This document shows positions 35,174-43,595 of a stretch of 64,000 bases of DNA, in pieces; the stretch's first letter is position 1; each line of letters starts with the position of its first letter. This stretch comes from a virus: positions 85,156 through 149,155 of the IMG/VR virus record IMGVR_UViG_3300017605_001304; one strand, given 5' to 3'. The notes beneath the pieces were generated by a model. That model had not been told where the DNA came from. It saw only the letters and a program-made list of their open reading frames with translations, and did no database searches. Position numbers and translations under genes: made by a program.

Positions 35174-38100
35174 TCAGTCCTTGGTGCCGAACATCTTGCG
35201 ACCGAGCACGAGGTCGATCGCATTCGCGTCAAGACCGAAGTACGGCGCGATCTTGAGCGAAGGGATGCCCTGCTCGCCCATCCCCTGCAGAGCCGCGAAG
35301 CCCTGCTCGGAGAACTCCATCTCGTAGCCCGCGGCGCGCAGCCGCGACGTCGCCTGAGCTGCGGAACCGGCCGGACCTTCGAGCGGCGCACCGCCCTGGC
35401 TCGGGTTCTGGCCCGCCTCTTCCTCGCGCAGCTCCTTCAGCACTTCCTTCACGTCGGGATCGCGCAACAGGTCCGCGGTGATGCTCTTCGGCCGCGTCCC
35501 TTCGCGCATGCGGAACTTGCGGTTGATCATGCGTGTTGCGAGCCCCTCTTCGTTGGATTCGGCCACGTTGGCCGGTGCCGCATCTTTGTTCTCGTACGAC
35601 GGATGCGGGTACTGGAACATCGCCAGCGCCTTCGGGCCGCCGTGGCCCGCCTGCGCCGCCTGATCACGGAAGTGGCTGTAGAGCTCTTCGAGCTCCTGCT
35701 TCCACGTGTAGAACTCCGGCCGCATCTTCACGCCGGGCTTCTGCTCGGCCTGCTTCATGCGGCCGAGCATGTCCTGAATCTCACCCATGATTCGCTGGAT
35801 CTGGTCCGGCTGCATCTTGCTCGGGCCGTACTGCGCGTACATGCCGAGGCCGGTGGTGTTGCCGAGGTGCCAGTCCTTCGCGAGCTGCAGCACGCGCTGG
35901 TCGCGCTTCATGCGCTGCTCGACCGCGAAGTTGTGGTCCTGCACCTTGCGCTGATCCGCGGCCGCAGCCCGACGCTGCTTGAACCAGTCCATGCCGCGCT
36001 GGATCAGGCCCGGCCGCGGCGGCGCCGAGAAGGCGTTGGCCGCCTGCGCGACGTCGACGTGAGCGCCCGGCGGCTTGGGCGCCGGGATGCCGGGGTCTGT
36101 CTGATTGGCCGTCGCAAGGTTCGGGTCCATGCCGACGTTGCCGCCAGGACGGACGGGGACCGGGCCCTTCGGGGGGCCTCCGAACGCCTTATCGATCCCC
36201 TGCGCCATCTCTTCCGGAGACCCCTTCTGGGGCGCTGGCTGGCCCTGAGACGGGTCGAACGAGAAATTGACGCCCTGGGCATCCCCGCTCGGCTGACCCT
36301 TCTGGCGGGCCCGCTGCTGCGCCATGGCCGCAGCACCCTTCAGAACGCTCTGATCCCGCGCCATCGGGCTCTTGTAGCCGCCCGAGGAGCCCTTACCGCG
36401 CATCCGGTACTGCCCGGCCTCGTCCAGCTCTTCCGCGGGCGGATCGAGCGGGAGGTCGATCAGGGCCGGACCGAGGTCCCTGGCACGCGCCAGGAAGGCC
36501 GGAGCGGTGTCCTGCTTCGTGTGCGCGAGCGCGATGACGTCTCGCTCTTCCGTGAGCCCGAAGACCACGTAGGGCCGCACGGTGAGCTCGACCGGCTCGC
36601 CCTCGGCCGTGAACGCCTGGAAGCGCTGCTTGGGCGTGATGATCGCGCCCTCAGCCACGGCGGGGTCGTTGGTCGGCTGGTCGGCCTTGGCGAAGTACGC
36701 CAGCGCCTGCCACGCCTTGTGCTCGATGTCGATCGTGGCGCGGACGCCCGGCTTGATCCCGTGCTTCAGGAGGGCGCGGCTCAGGTAGGGCCGCAGCACC
36801 TGGGACATGTCCGGTTCCTGGCCCTCGACCGCGTTCGGAAGAGCCGGCGGCCACTCACCGTAGACGCCGGACTTCACCTCGCTCACGATCTCGTCGATGG
36901 TGTTCTCGTTGCGCAGGTCCTGCGAGACGCCCGGCGGCATCTCGGAGTGGTCGACGCCGAGAGCCGGCGGAGCGTTCGGGTCGATCGCCCCCATGGGGTC
37001 CTGCGCAGGCTCCTGCCCAAGCAGGTCGTTCGCCTCGGTCTTCCCCGCCGTCTGCTTCGCACGCGACTTCGCGATCGCGTTCTGCGCGTCCTTCTCCAGG
37101 CCCTTGCTCTTCGCGTGGCCAAGAAGGTCCGCGAGCTCTTCGTGATCTTCCGGCGATGCGTCACCGCTCGCCGTCTTCTTCCCGAGCTGGTGGATCTTGA
37201 TCAGCAGGTCGGCCTCGTCGCGACCAACGAAAGCGCCGGACGCGGTGGACGTCGCTTCGTCCTTCTCGTCAGCATCGTCGGGGTGGTCGTGGTACGTGCC
37301 GCTGTCCGGGCACTCTGCGTCAACACACTGACCCGGCCCCTCGTCTGTTGATCCGTTGAGCGCGCGACGCCGCTGTCGCGCCGCGACATCTGCTTCCTTC
37401 CTCGCCTGCGGGAAGAGCTCCCTAGTCCGGCGCTTCTTTGCCTCCTCAACGACTTCACTCTCGGACTTCTTATGCTGCGATTCCGTATGTCCGCAGTCAC
37501 AGGTGTGATCGCCGCTGCCGTCGTCGTCATCATCCATGAACTTGTCACAGTCGCACTGCGTACACTTGCCGTAACCCTCGGTGACAACTTCACTCTCGGA
37601 CTTCTTGTCGCAGTTGCAGCAGCCATCCGCACAGCGGTCGCACCGCTGGCACAGATCAGCGGCACTCTGTTCCTTAGCGCCGCATGCCTCACACTTCTTG
37701 CTGCTCTCGTCCGAGCACTTGCAGGGGTCCTTGATGTTCACGCCCGGCTTGAGTTTGCCGCAGGTCTTGCAGCGCGGCCGGGACGTCGGAACGGAGTCCC
37801 GGACGATCTTGTACTCAGTCTTCAGCGTGAACGGGCCGTGCGCCTCGGCCGTCCGCGGGCTCCAGGAGCCGGCGAACTGGACCATGTGCTCGGCCTTCTC
37901 GACCGGCAGGACGAAGCCCGGACGATTCATGGAGTCGAAGTAGGGCTTGCCGAGGCCCCACGCGTACCCGAAGGACTCCGCCATCTCGACCGCACGCTCG
38001 CCCGTCTCGTTCGGGAACATCAGGAACGTGAAGCCGTCCGGCAGGCGCGTGAGCTCATCGCTCGCTTCGACGGGAGCCTCGGACAAGACCGTCCCTTGAA

Positions 38101-39853
38101 AGCGACCACGCACGACCTCGCAGGCCGTTTCGTAGTAGCCCTTCGAGACGTTGACGGTGTAGACGCGCGGGTCGCCCTGCTGCACTTCGAGCTTCTCGCT
38201 CGGGCGACGATGCGCCGGCAGGGTCTTGTACCACTCCTCGACGCGCGAGACCTTCGAGCGTGACTCGAACTGGAGCTCCGCGCTCTCGATGTGCTTCACC
38301 GCGGTCGCACGCAGGATGTTCGTCGCGGCCTGAGCCGGCGGCGCCAGCGCCTTGTGCAGCGGGTTCAGCGGGTGGTCCGTGTGCGACGTCTGCAGGAGGC
38401 CCGGCTTCGCCTCGTAGCGGCCGAAGTTCTCCTGGCTCGTCGCCTTGACCGCGCCGGTCTTCACGTTCTTGACGGTGATCGTGGCCGGCTTGCCCGGCAA
38501 CTGCTCCGACACCGCCGAGATGATCCAGTCGTCCTGCTGCGGATCGTCCTTCAGCTTGACCCGCTCGCCGATCTTCGGCGGAGCGTTGGGGTCGAGCGGG
38601 ATGTCCTCGTGGACGTCGGACTCCTTCTTGTCCGACTTGACGAACGGCTTCGGGCTCTCGCGACAGGTCTTGCAGTAGCGCTTGCCCATGAAGAAGCCAG
38701 TCTTCGCAGGCAGCGGTCCGCCGCACTGATCGCACTTCCTCTCGTCCTTCGCCTCGTAGGAGAGGATCTCCCCGTTCGTGAAGTCGTCGGGGTTGGTGAG
38801 GTCTTCCTTCTTCCGTGGCGCGTCGGCCGAGCGCTCGTATTCCTGGATGCGCTGGTCGGTCCAACCGTGGTCGCGCAGGAACTTCCGTGCCTGCTCCTTG
38901 TTCATGCCGCCCATGACGTTCGCTGCGGCGTCGTTCATCAGCAGCGTGCCCTTCGCGATCTTGAGCTGATGCTTCTCGGGCACGCCCTCGTCCAGCACGG
39001 GCTCGTTCAGGAGGCGGCTGTAGACGCGGCGCTCCTCGACGCGCGAAAGCGTCGTCATCTTCTGGCAGCCCTTGCAGACCAGCCGCGCACGGTGCTCGCG
39101 CATCAGCATGATCGCTTCGGACTTGCACTTGTCGCAAGACACGTCCTGGACCTGGACCGGCTCGTGGCCCTCCTTGTCCTCGGACTTCTCCTTCACGCGG
39201 ATCTGGAAGGTGCCGAGCGCGACGTCGTCCTTGGGACGCTTCAAGAGCTCCGCCACGCCCTGACGGTCGAGCATCGCGAGCGCCTGCTCGACCTTGTCGT
39301 CGGTGATCTGGTCGTTCAGGTAGACGTAGACGTCGTCGGTCTTGTCGTCGATCTCGACGTCGACGAGGTTGGCATCGAGGCCCGCCTCGACCAGCGCCGT
39401 CATGACGGAGGTCGCGAGCTCGTCGACGTCCTCCTTCAGGACCGGCGCGCCGTTCATCAGGCGCGAGATGTTCGCGACCGAGACGTCCTCGCTGTAGAGC
39501 TTGATGATGGCCTGCAGGCGCTCGCTCAGTGGACGTGGAGCCCCCGCCCGCATGACGCGGATCGCCTCGACCGAGTCCATCACCGAGGTGAAAGACTCCG
39601 CCTTCGGCTTGTCGGTGAGACGCTCGTACTCGGGGGACTTGCGGAAGTCATCGAGAACGTGACGACGGTTCTTGTGGACGAGGTCGTCGTTCTGCGACCA
39701 CTTCTGGCCGAACTTAAAGCCGTTGACCGACTTGAAATCGGCCTGTGGAGACTTGGGCATGCGATAGACCGGCTTGTCGGTCTCGAAGTCGACATCGAGC
39801 TCCAAGAACTCCATCTCTTCCCTATCCATGTACGCAAGCTCCAACGGCGCCAA
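35174..39853 (-). CDS. 1559-aa modular protein (many small Zn-finger, SH3-like and helical modules); putative head polyprotein
   Basis: At least six Cys clusters and short modules separated by ES/EA/EG junctions; Q/P/G-rich C-terminal part. Confidence 0.75.
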   Translation of the reverse strand: MAPLELAYMDREEMEFLELDVDFETDKPVYRMPKSPQADFKSVNGFKFGQKWSQNDDLVHKNRRHVLDDFRKSPEYERLTDKPKAESFTSVMDSVEAIRVMRAGAPRPLSERLQAIIKLYSEDVSVANISRLMNGAPVLKEDVDELATSVMTALVEAGLDANLVDVEIDDKTDDVYVYLNDQITDDKVEQALAMLDRQGVAELLKRPKDDVALGTFQIRVKEKSEDKEGHEPVQVQDVSCDKCKSEAIMLMREHRARLVCKGCQKMTTLSRVEERRVYSRLLNEPVLDEGVPEKHQLKIAKGTLLMNDAAANVMGGMNKEQARKFLRDHGWTDQRIQEYERSADAPRKKEDLTNPDDFTNGEILSYEAKDERKCDQCGGPLPAKTGFFMGKRYCKTCRESPKPFVKSDKKESDVHEDIPLDPNAPPKIGERVKLKDDPQQDDWIISAVSEQLPGKPATITVKNVKTGAVKATSQENFGRYEAKPGLLQTSHTDHPLNPLHKALAPPAQAATNILRATAVKHIESAELQFESRSKVSRVEEWYKTLPAHRRPSEKLEVQQGDPRVYTVNVSKGYYETACEVVRGRFQGTVLSEAPVEASDELTRLPDGFTFLMFPNETGERAVEMAESFGYAWGLGKPYFDSMNRPGFVLPVEKAEHMVQFAGSWSPRTAEAHGPFTLKTEYKIVRDSVPTSRPRCKTCGKLKPGVNIKDPCKCSDESSKKCEACGAKEQSAADLCQRCDRCADGCCNCDKKSESEVVTEGYGKCTQCDCDKFMDDDDDGSGDHTCDCGHTESQHKKSESEVVEEAKKRRTRELFPQARKEADVAARQRRRALNGSTDEGPGQCVDAECPDSGTYHDHPDDADEKDEATSTASGAFVGRDEADLLIKIHQLGKKTASGDASPEDHEELADLLGHAKSKGLEKDAQNAIAKSRAKQTAGKTEANDLLGQEPAQDPMGAIDPNAPPALGVDHSEMPPGVSQDLRNENTIDEIVSEVKSGVYGEWPPALPNAVEGQEPDMSQVLRPYLSRALLKHGIKPGVRATIDIEHKAWQALAYFAKADQPTNDPAVAEGAIITPKQRFQAFTAEGEPVELTVRPYVVFGLTEERDVIALAHTKQDTAPAFLARARDLGPALIDLPLDPPAEELDEAGQYRMRGKGSSGGYKSPMARDQSVLKGAAAMAQQRARQKGQPSGDAQGVNFSFDPSQGQPAPQKGSPEEMAQGIDKAFGGPPKGPVPVRPGGNVGMDPNLATANQTDPGIPAPKPPGAHVDVAQAANAFSAPPRPGLIQRGMDWFKQRRAAAADQRKVQDHNFAVEQRMKRDQRVLQLAKDWHLGNTTGLGMYAQYGPSKMQPDQIQRIMGEIQDMLGRMKQAEQKPGVKMRPEFYTWKQELEELYSHFRDQAAQAGHGGPKALAMFQYPHPSYENKDAAPANVAESNEEGLATRMINRKFRMREGTRPKSITADLLRDPDVKEVLKELREEEAGQNPSQGGAPLEGPAGSAAQATSRLRAAGYEMEFSEQGFAALQGMGEQGIPSLKIAPYFGLDANAIDLVLGRKMFGTKD
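37452..37606. repeat. 20-bp direct repeat at 37452-37471 and 37587-37606 inside the 1559-aa gene
   Basis: ACTTCACTCTCGGACTTCTT, encoding the KKSESEV linker twice. Confidence 0.85.
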
Positions 39854-40178
39854 GGCGCGAGGATGAAGACATCGACGCAGCGTGACCGGTGAACACGAGC
39901 GCCCGCTGATGCAGCGGGGGAAACGGCGAGCACGCTAGGTCGACGGCGAGTTCGAGGACGGACGTTGCGGAGGCGTCCCAAGCTGGAAGCGGCCCTTGCA
40001 GACGTCCGTCAGGATCGATTGCGGCGGGTAACAGGTGACGAGTTTGATGCAGTCCGCCGCGGCATAGAGAGCAAGGTTGCGGATGCGCAGCCAGTTCTGG
40101 ATCGAGCGAGCGCCCGGCACGTGCCACATGAGGTTGCACTCAACGGCCGCGGTGAGCAGCGTCGGGGCGAATCCTTCG

Positions 40179-40508
40179 TCATGCACCTCGACCAGACGAC
40201 TCGGCGACAGGTAGGCCACGCTCAAGAGGGGCCACACCTGTCGGAGCACCAGATAGGCCGGCGAACGGTCCGGGCTGCCCAGGACCAACGCCAACGTCCG
40301 GGACGGACGTTCCATTGTTGTAGTTCCAGAGGGGCCGCGCGACGAGGACGACTTGACACGCACACGAACGGACCCACGGCGCGTGGATGACGTTGCACTT
40401 GGGGCAGATCCAGCCGGTTGGCTCGACGTCGTAGCGACGAAAGTGAAACTCGCCGCAGCGACAGGGCGTCAGGCCGTGGATGCTGCAGACCGGGTCGCCG
40501 GTGCTCAT
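40179..40508 (-). CDS. Small Cys-rich protein (GWICPKC...AP)
   Basis: CSIH..PCRC; GWICPKCNVIHAPWVRSC; ATGA coupling. Overlaps a competing frame (39935-40363). Confidence 0.5.
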   Translation of the reverse strand: MSTGDPVCSIHGLTPCRCGEFHFRRYDVEPTGWICPKCNVIHAPWVRSCACQVVLVARPLWNYNNGTSVPDVGVGPGQPGPFAGLSGAPTGVAPLERGLPVAESSGRGA

Positions 40509-40786
40509 GTCGTCACTCCTGCCCTGGCTTTGCGGATCGCGTGCAGGATGGTCGACTGCACGAACGCCCGTTCATCCCGACGCCCGCCGACGTAGCCGAT
40601 GACGATCGCGTCCAAAACGAGTGCAGCCAGGATCTCTTCCTGGCTGCCTCCCTGCGCGACCTGTTCTTTCACCAGCTCGGGGATGTCGAGCTTCATGCCC
40701 TCGATGAACAGCCGCGCGAGGTCGATGTCGCGCCTCTCCACTTCCCCCGACATCCCGAGGAACTTCTCGCGCAGCTTGCTGGGCAT
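40505..40786 (-). CDS. Hypothetical protein
   Basis: AAGGAG SD. Confidence 0.6.
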   Translation of the reverse strand: MPSKLREKFLGMSGEVERRDIDLARLFIEGMKLDIPELVKEQVAQGGSQEEILAALVLDAIVIGYVGGRRDERAFVQSTILHAIRKARAGVTT

Positions 40787-40795
40787 GCCTTCTCC

Positions 40796-41650
40796 TTATG
40801 CGACGGCTCCATTCTGGAGGCCGTGCTTCTTCAAGTCCTTCCACCCGAGCTGAGTCTTCTTCGCGGCGTAGCGCTCCGGCCGGACCTGCCGGCTGACGTT
40901 CACGTAGCGGCGCTCGATCTTGTCGTAGACCCACTCGCTCGACGGGTTCGGCTTCGTCAGCCACATCTCGACCAGCAGGGTGCCGTACACGTTTCGCTGC
41001 CCGAGCTTCGGCTGCTTGGGGAACGGCCGGAAGTCGACGCGGTACCAGATGCCGTCCAGGAGCTGGAACTCCGTCTTCGCATCGACTGCGATCTGGGTCA
41101 CCCGTGCCGGTGGTGGCCGGCCGAGCGTCTTCCCCCAGACCGTCTTCTTGTTCTCCGTCAGGACCCCGGTCTTGGGGTGCACGTAGAAGAGCCAGAGGCT
41201 GCCGTCGACCGGATACTCCGCGCCCGAGGCGCCCGACGAACTCCGGAAGCTGCGGAACGCGTGCTTGTCCGAGATCCAGACCTTCTTCGTCTGCTTCTCG
41301 ATGAACGTGTTCACGGCGACGTAGCCGTCCACGTGCTCGCGGATGTGCCGCTGCTGCGTGCTGTCGAGCTTCACGTGCTTGCTGATCTCGGCCTGGACCT
41401 TGTTCCACGGCCTGCCGCAGTTCGTGCGGAGGAAGCGGATCAGCGGACTCAGGTGGTCCGAGAGCTCCTTCTCGCCGCCGGCCGCCTTGTACGGCTTGCG
41501 CATGCCCTCGCGGGTCGGCGGGTCGTGCCGCTCGTCAGCCTCGTCGTCGTCCCCGAGCTTGCGCTTGAAGCGGACGTGCCGGTACTTCAGGCCGCCGTAA
41601 CCCGGGTGACGCGGACGCTCTGTAAGGACCTTGCTGAAGTCAGCGCGCAC
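40796..41650 (-). CDS. Basic conserved-looking hypothetical protein
   Basis: KVLTERPR...KELSDHLSPLIRFL..NCGRPWNKV..EI...HIREHV...FYVHPKTGVL. Confidence 0.75.
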   Translation of the reverse strand: MRADFSKVLTERPRHPGYGGLKYRHVRFKRKLGDDDEADERHDPPTREGMRKPYKAAGGEKELSDHLSPLIRFLRTNCGRPWNKVQAEISKHVKLDSTQQRHIREHVDGYVAVNTFIEKQTKKVWISDKHAFRSFRSSSGASGAEYPVDGSLWLFYVHPKTGVLTENKKTVWGKTLGRPPPARVTQIAVDAKTEFQLLDGIWYRVDFRPFPKQPKLGQRNVYGTLLVEMWLTKPNPSSEWVYDKIERRYVNVSRQVRPERYAAKKTQLGWKDLKKHGLQNGAVA

Positions 41651-42267
41651 CGAACGATCTCCTGAAAGACTCCATCGGCAGGACTTCCTCGATGATCTCG
41701 CTGCCGATCGTCACGAAGACGGCGTACGGTCCATCGCAGAAATCGAGGGGCCTTGCACGGCGCAGGAACGTGCGCTCGACGAGCTCACGATCCCACATCC
41801 AAGTCAGGACACGGCGCAGCACCATCCCGTCGGGCGAGGGAAGCGGGCAATTCATCGGAGAGGTCCAAGGCTCGGTAGCACCCTGAAGCGAATGAAGTTC
41901 GAGAGGGCAGCCGCTCCGACCATGTTCCGCATGTACGGGCTACGGCCGAGCATGCCGCCCGGGATCGTGCCGTACAGCGGATGCTGCGTGTACAGCCGCG
42001 TGATCCGCCAGTGGTGGCGGATCACCTTGCTCACTGCCACGGGGCGGTCCTCCACCACCGGTCGCGCCACGGGGTCGGCTCGCGCTGCGTGACGAGCTCG
42101 ACCACACAGCGTTCGAGTTGGCGCGCGCCGCGGTTGAGCGCGTCGGCACGATGCGGCGGGAACAGCCGAAGCTGCAGCCGGAGGTCCATGAAGGCGTTCC
42201 GCCACGGGCCTTGGAGCCAGTGCGAGCACATCCCGAGACGGTGGGCGACGACGCGGCTGCTCAGCAC
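41640..42267 (-). other. Three coupled mini-ORFs
   Basis: 41640-41855, ~41852-42034 and ~42031-42267, with overlapping start/stop codons. Confidence 0.45.
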
Positions 42268-42575
42268 TCGGGGTCTCCTCGGTCCAGGCTCGCGCGATGT
42301 TTCTCGATGCGGGAGAGGATCTCCGGGATCCGGAGCGGCTTCATGTCCGAGACGTCGACGTCGAACTCGACGTAGATCGCCTTGACCATCTCCTCGGTCG
42401 AGCGCTCGTCGCTATCGAAGTCCGAGACGCAGGACTCGTCCGTCATCAGGACCCCTTCGGGATCCACCCCGATGGCGAGCTCAACGAACTCGTCGACCAG
42501 ATCGAGCGGGAACTGATCGAGCTTCACCGTCGGAGCGAACACGATCTCGGGGTCTTTCGGGATCTCGCTATCCAT
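42261..42575 (-). CDS. Acidic acyl-carrier-protein-like helical protein
   Basis: LAIGVDPEGVLMTDESCVSDFDSD...IYVEFDVDVSD...RIPEIL mirrors ACP helix spacing. Confidence 0.45.
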   Translation of the reverse strand: MDSEIPKDPEIVFAPTVKLDQFPLDLVDEFVELAIGVDPEGVLMTDESCVSDFDSDERSTEEMVKAIYVEFDVDVSDMKPLRIPEILSRIEKHRASLDRGDPEC

Positions 42576-42743
42576 CGAAGAAGAACTCCCGCAAGAGGCG
42601 ATCGATCCCCGCCGAGCTCACGCTGCTGGCGGTCGGCCGAGCGTCCACGATCTCATGCCACAGTGCATAGAGCCCCTGCGGTTCGACGCCGCTCACGAAC
42701 GCAAGCTCCGAGGCACTCGGCGGCCTGAGACGTGGACTATCGG

Positions 42744-43586
42744 CTACAGGAAGCTGTCGGTGATCTCGCATCCGATCAGGTGCCTCAAGCTGGTCGAGCC
42801 GCGGTTGAACTCGACCTGCATCACGTAGTTGCCCGGTTCCAGGTTCGTCTTGGTCGTGTCGAGCTGAACGCTGACCTCGCCAAGAGTACCGTCCGTGATG
42901 GTCGCATCAAGGTCCCCCCAGATCGGGAAGCCCTGGCGGTTCGCGCTGTTCACGGACTTCGCGAGCGAGAGCGTCACCGCCCCGCCCGTGATGTCGAAGC
43001 GGAGGAGGCCGTCCAGCGAGGTCGCGTAGTAGAAGAGCATCGTCGGCGTGCTCTTGCGCGTCACCACGATGCTGCGGCTCACCTCGTCCGCCGAGGTGCT
43101 GAGCACGACGAGCTCGGCCCAGTCGACCGAGGTCCCGATCGACTGCGACTCCCCGACCTCGGTGACGGTCGGCGCGTCCAGGCTGGACGTGCTCGTGAGG
43201 GTGAAGCGCAGGTACCGGAACCGTCCGGTCTGCGCCGCGAGCGTCTGCAGGATGCCGATCGTCGTGTCGGCTGACAGCACGTTCGCGAGCTCGGTCCGGT
43301 CCGCCGAGTCCGTCAGGTCGAACTCTTCGTCCGAGTAGAGGTACGCGCACGTGACGACGCCCTGCGCCCCACCCAAGTTGATCTTGAGATCGAGCGAGCT
43401 CATGTCCCAGACGGTTCCGTTGCGCCCGGAATCCGTCCGCTGCAGGAAGTACCCCGTCATCAGCGTCCCGACGAGGCCGATCGCCATGTTGTTGTTCAAG
43501 CGGCCCGCGTTCGGGCCGAGGTAGACCTGCGCCGCCGTCCCGTCGGCCGACAGGCGCAAGCCGAGAGACGTCGTGAGTGAAGCCAT
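42744..43586 (-). CDS. Putative virion structural protein
   Basis: Beta-rich; C-terminal ATITDGTLGEVSVQLDT..TNLEPGNYVMQVEF (BppU/Ig-like). Confidence 0.55.
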   Translation of the reverse strand: MASLTTSLGLRLSADGTAAQVYLGPNAGRLNNNMAIGLVGTLMTGYFLQRTDSGRNGTVWDMSSLDLKINLGGAQGVVTCAYLYSDEEFDLTDSADRTELANVLSADTTIGILQTLAAQTGRFRYLRFTLTSTSSLDAPTVTEVGESQSIGTSVDWAELVVLSTSADEVSRSIVVTRKSTPTMLFYYATSLDGLLRFDITGGAVTLSLAKSVNSANRQGFPIWGDLDATITDGTLGEVSVQLDTTKTNLEPGNYVMQVEFNRGSTSLRHLIGCEITDSFL

Positions 43587-43595
43587 GAAAGCCCC

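Noticed and set aside
39822-40363. ORFs 39935-40363 and 39822-40139
   Set aside because: Competing overlapping frames without a clear SD or motif; one is probably real but I cannot decide which.
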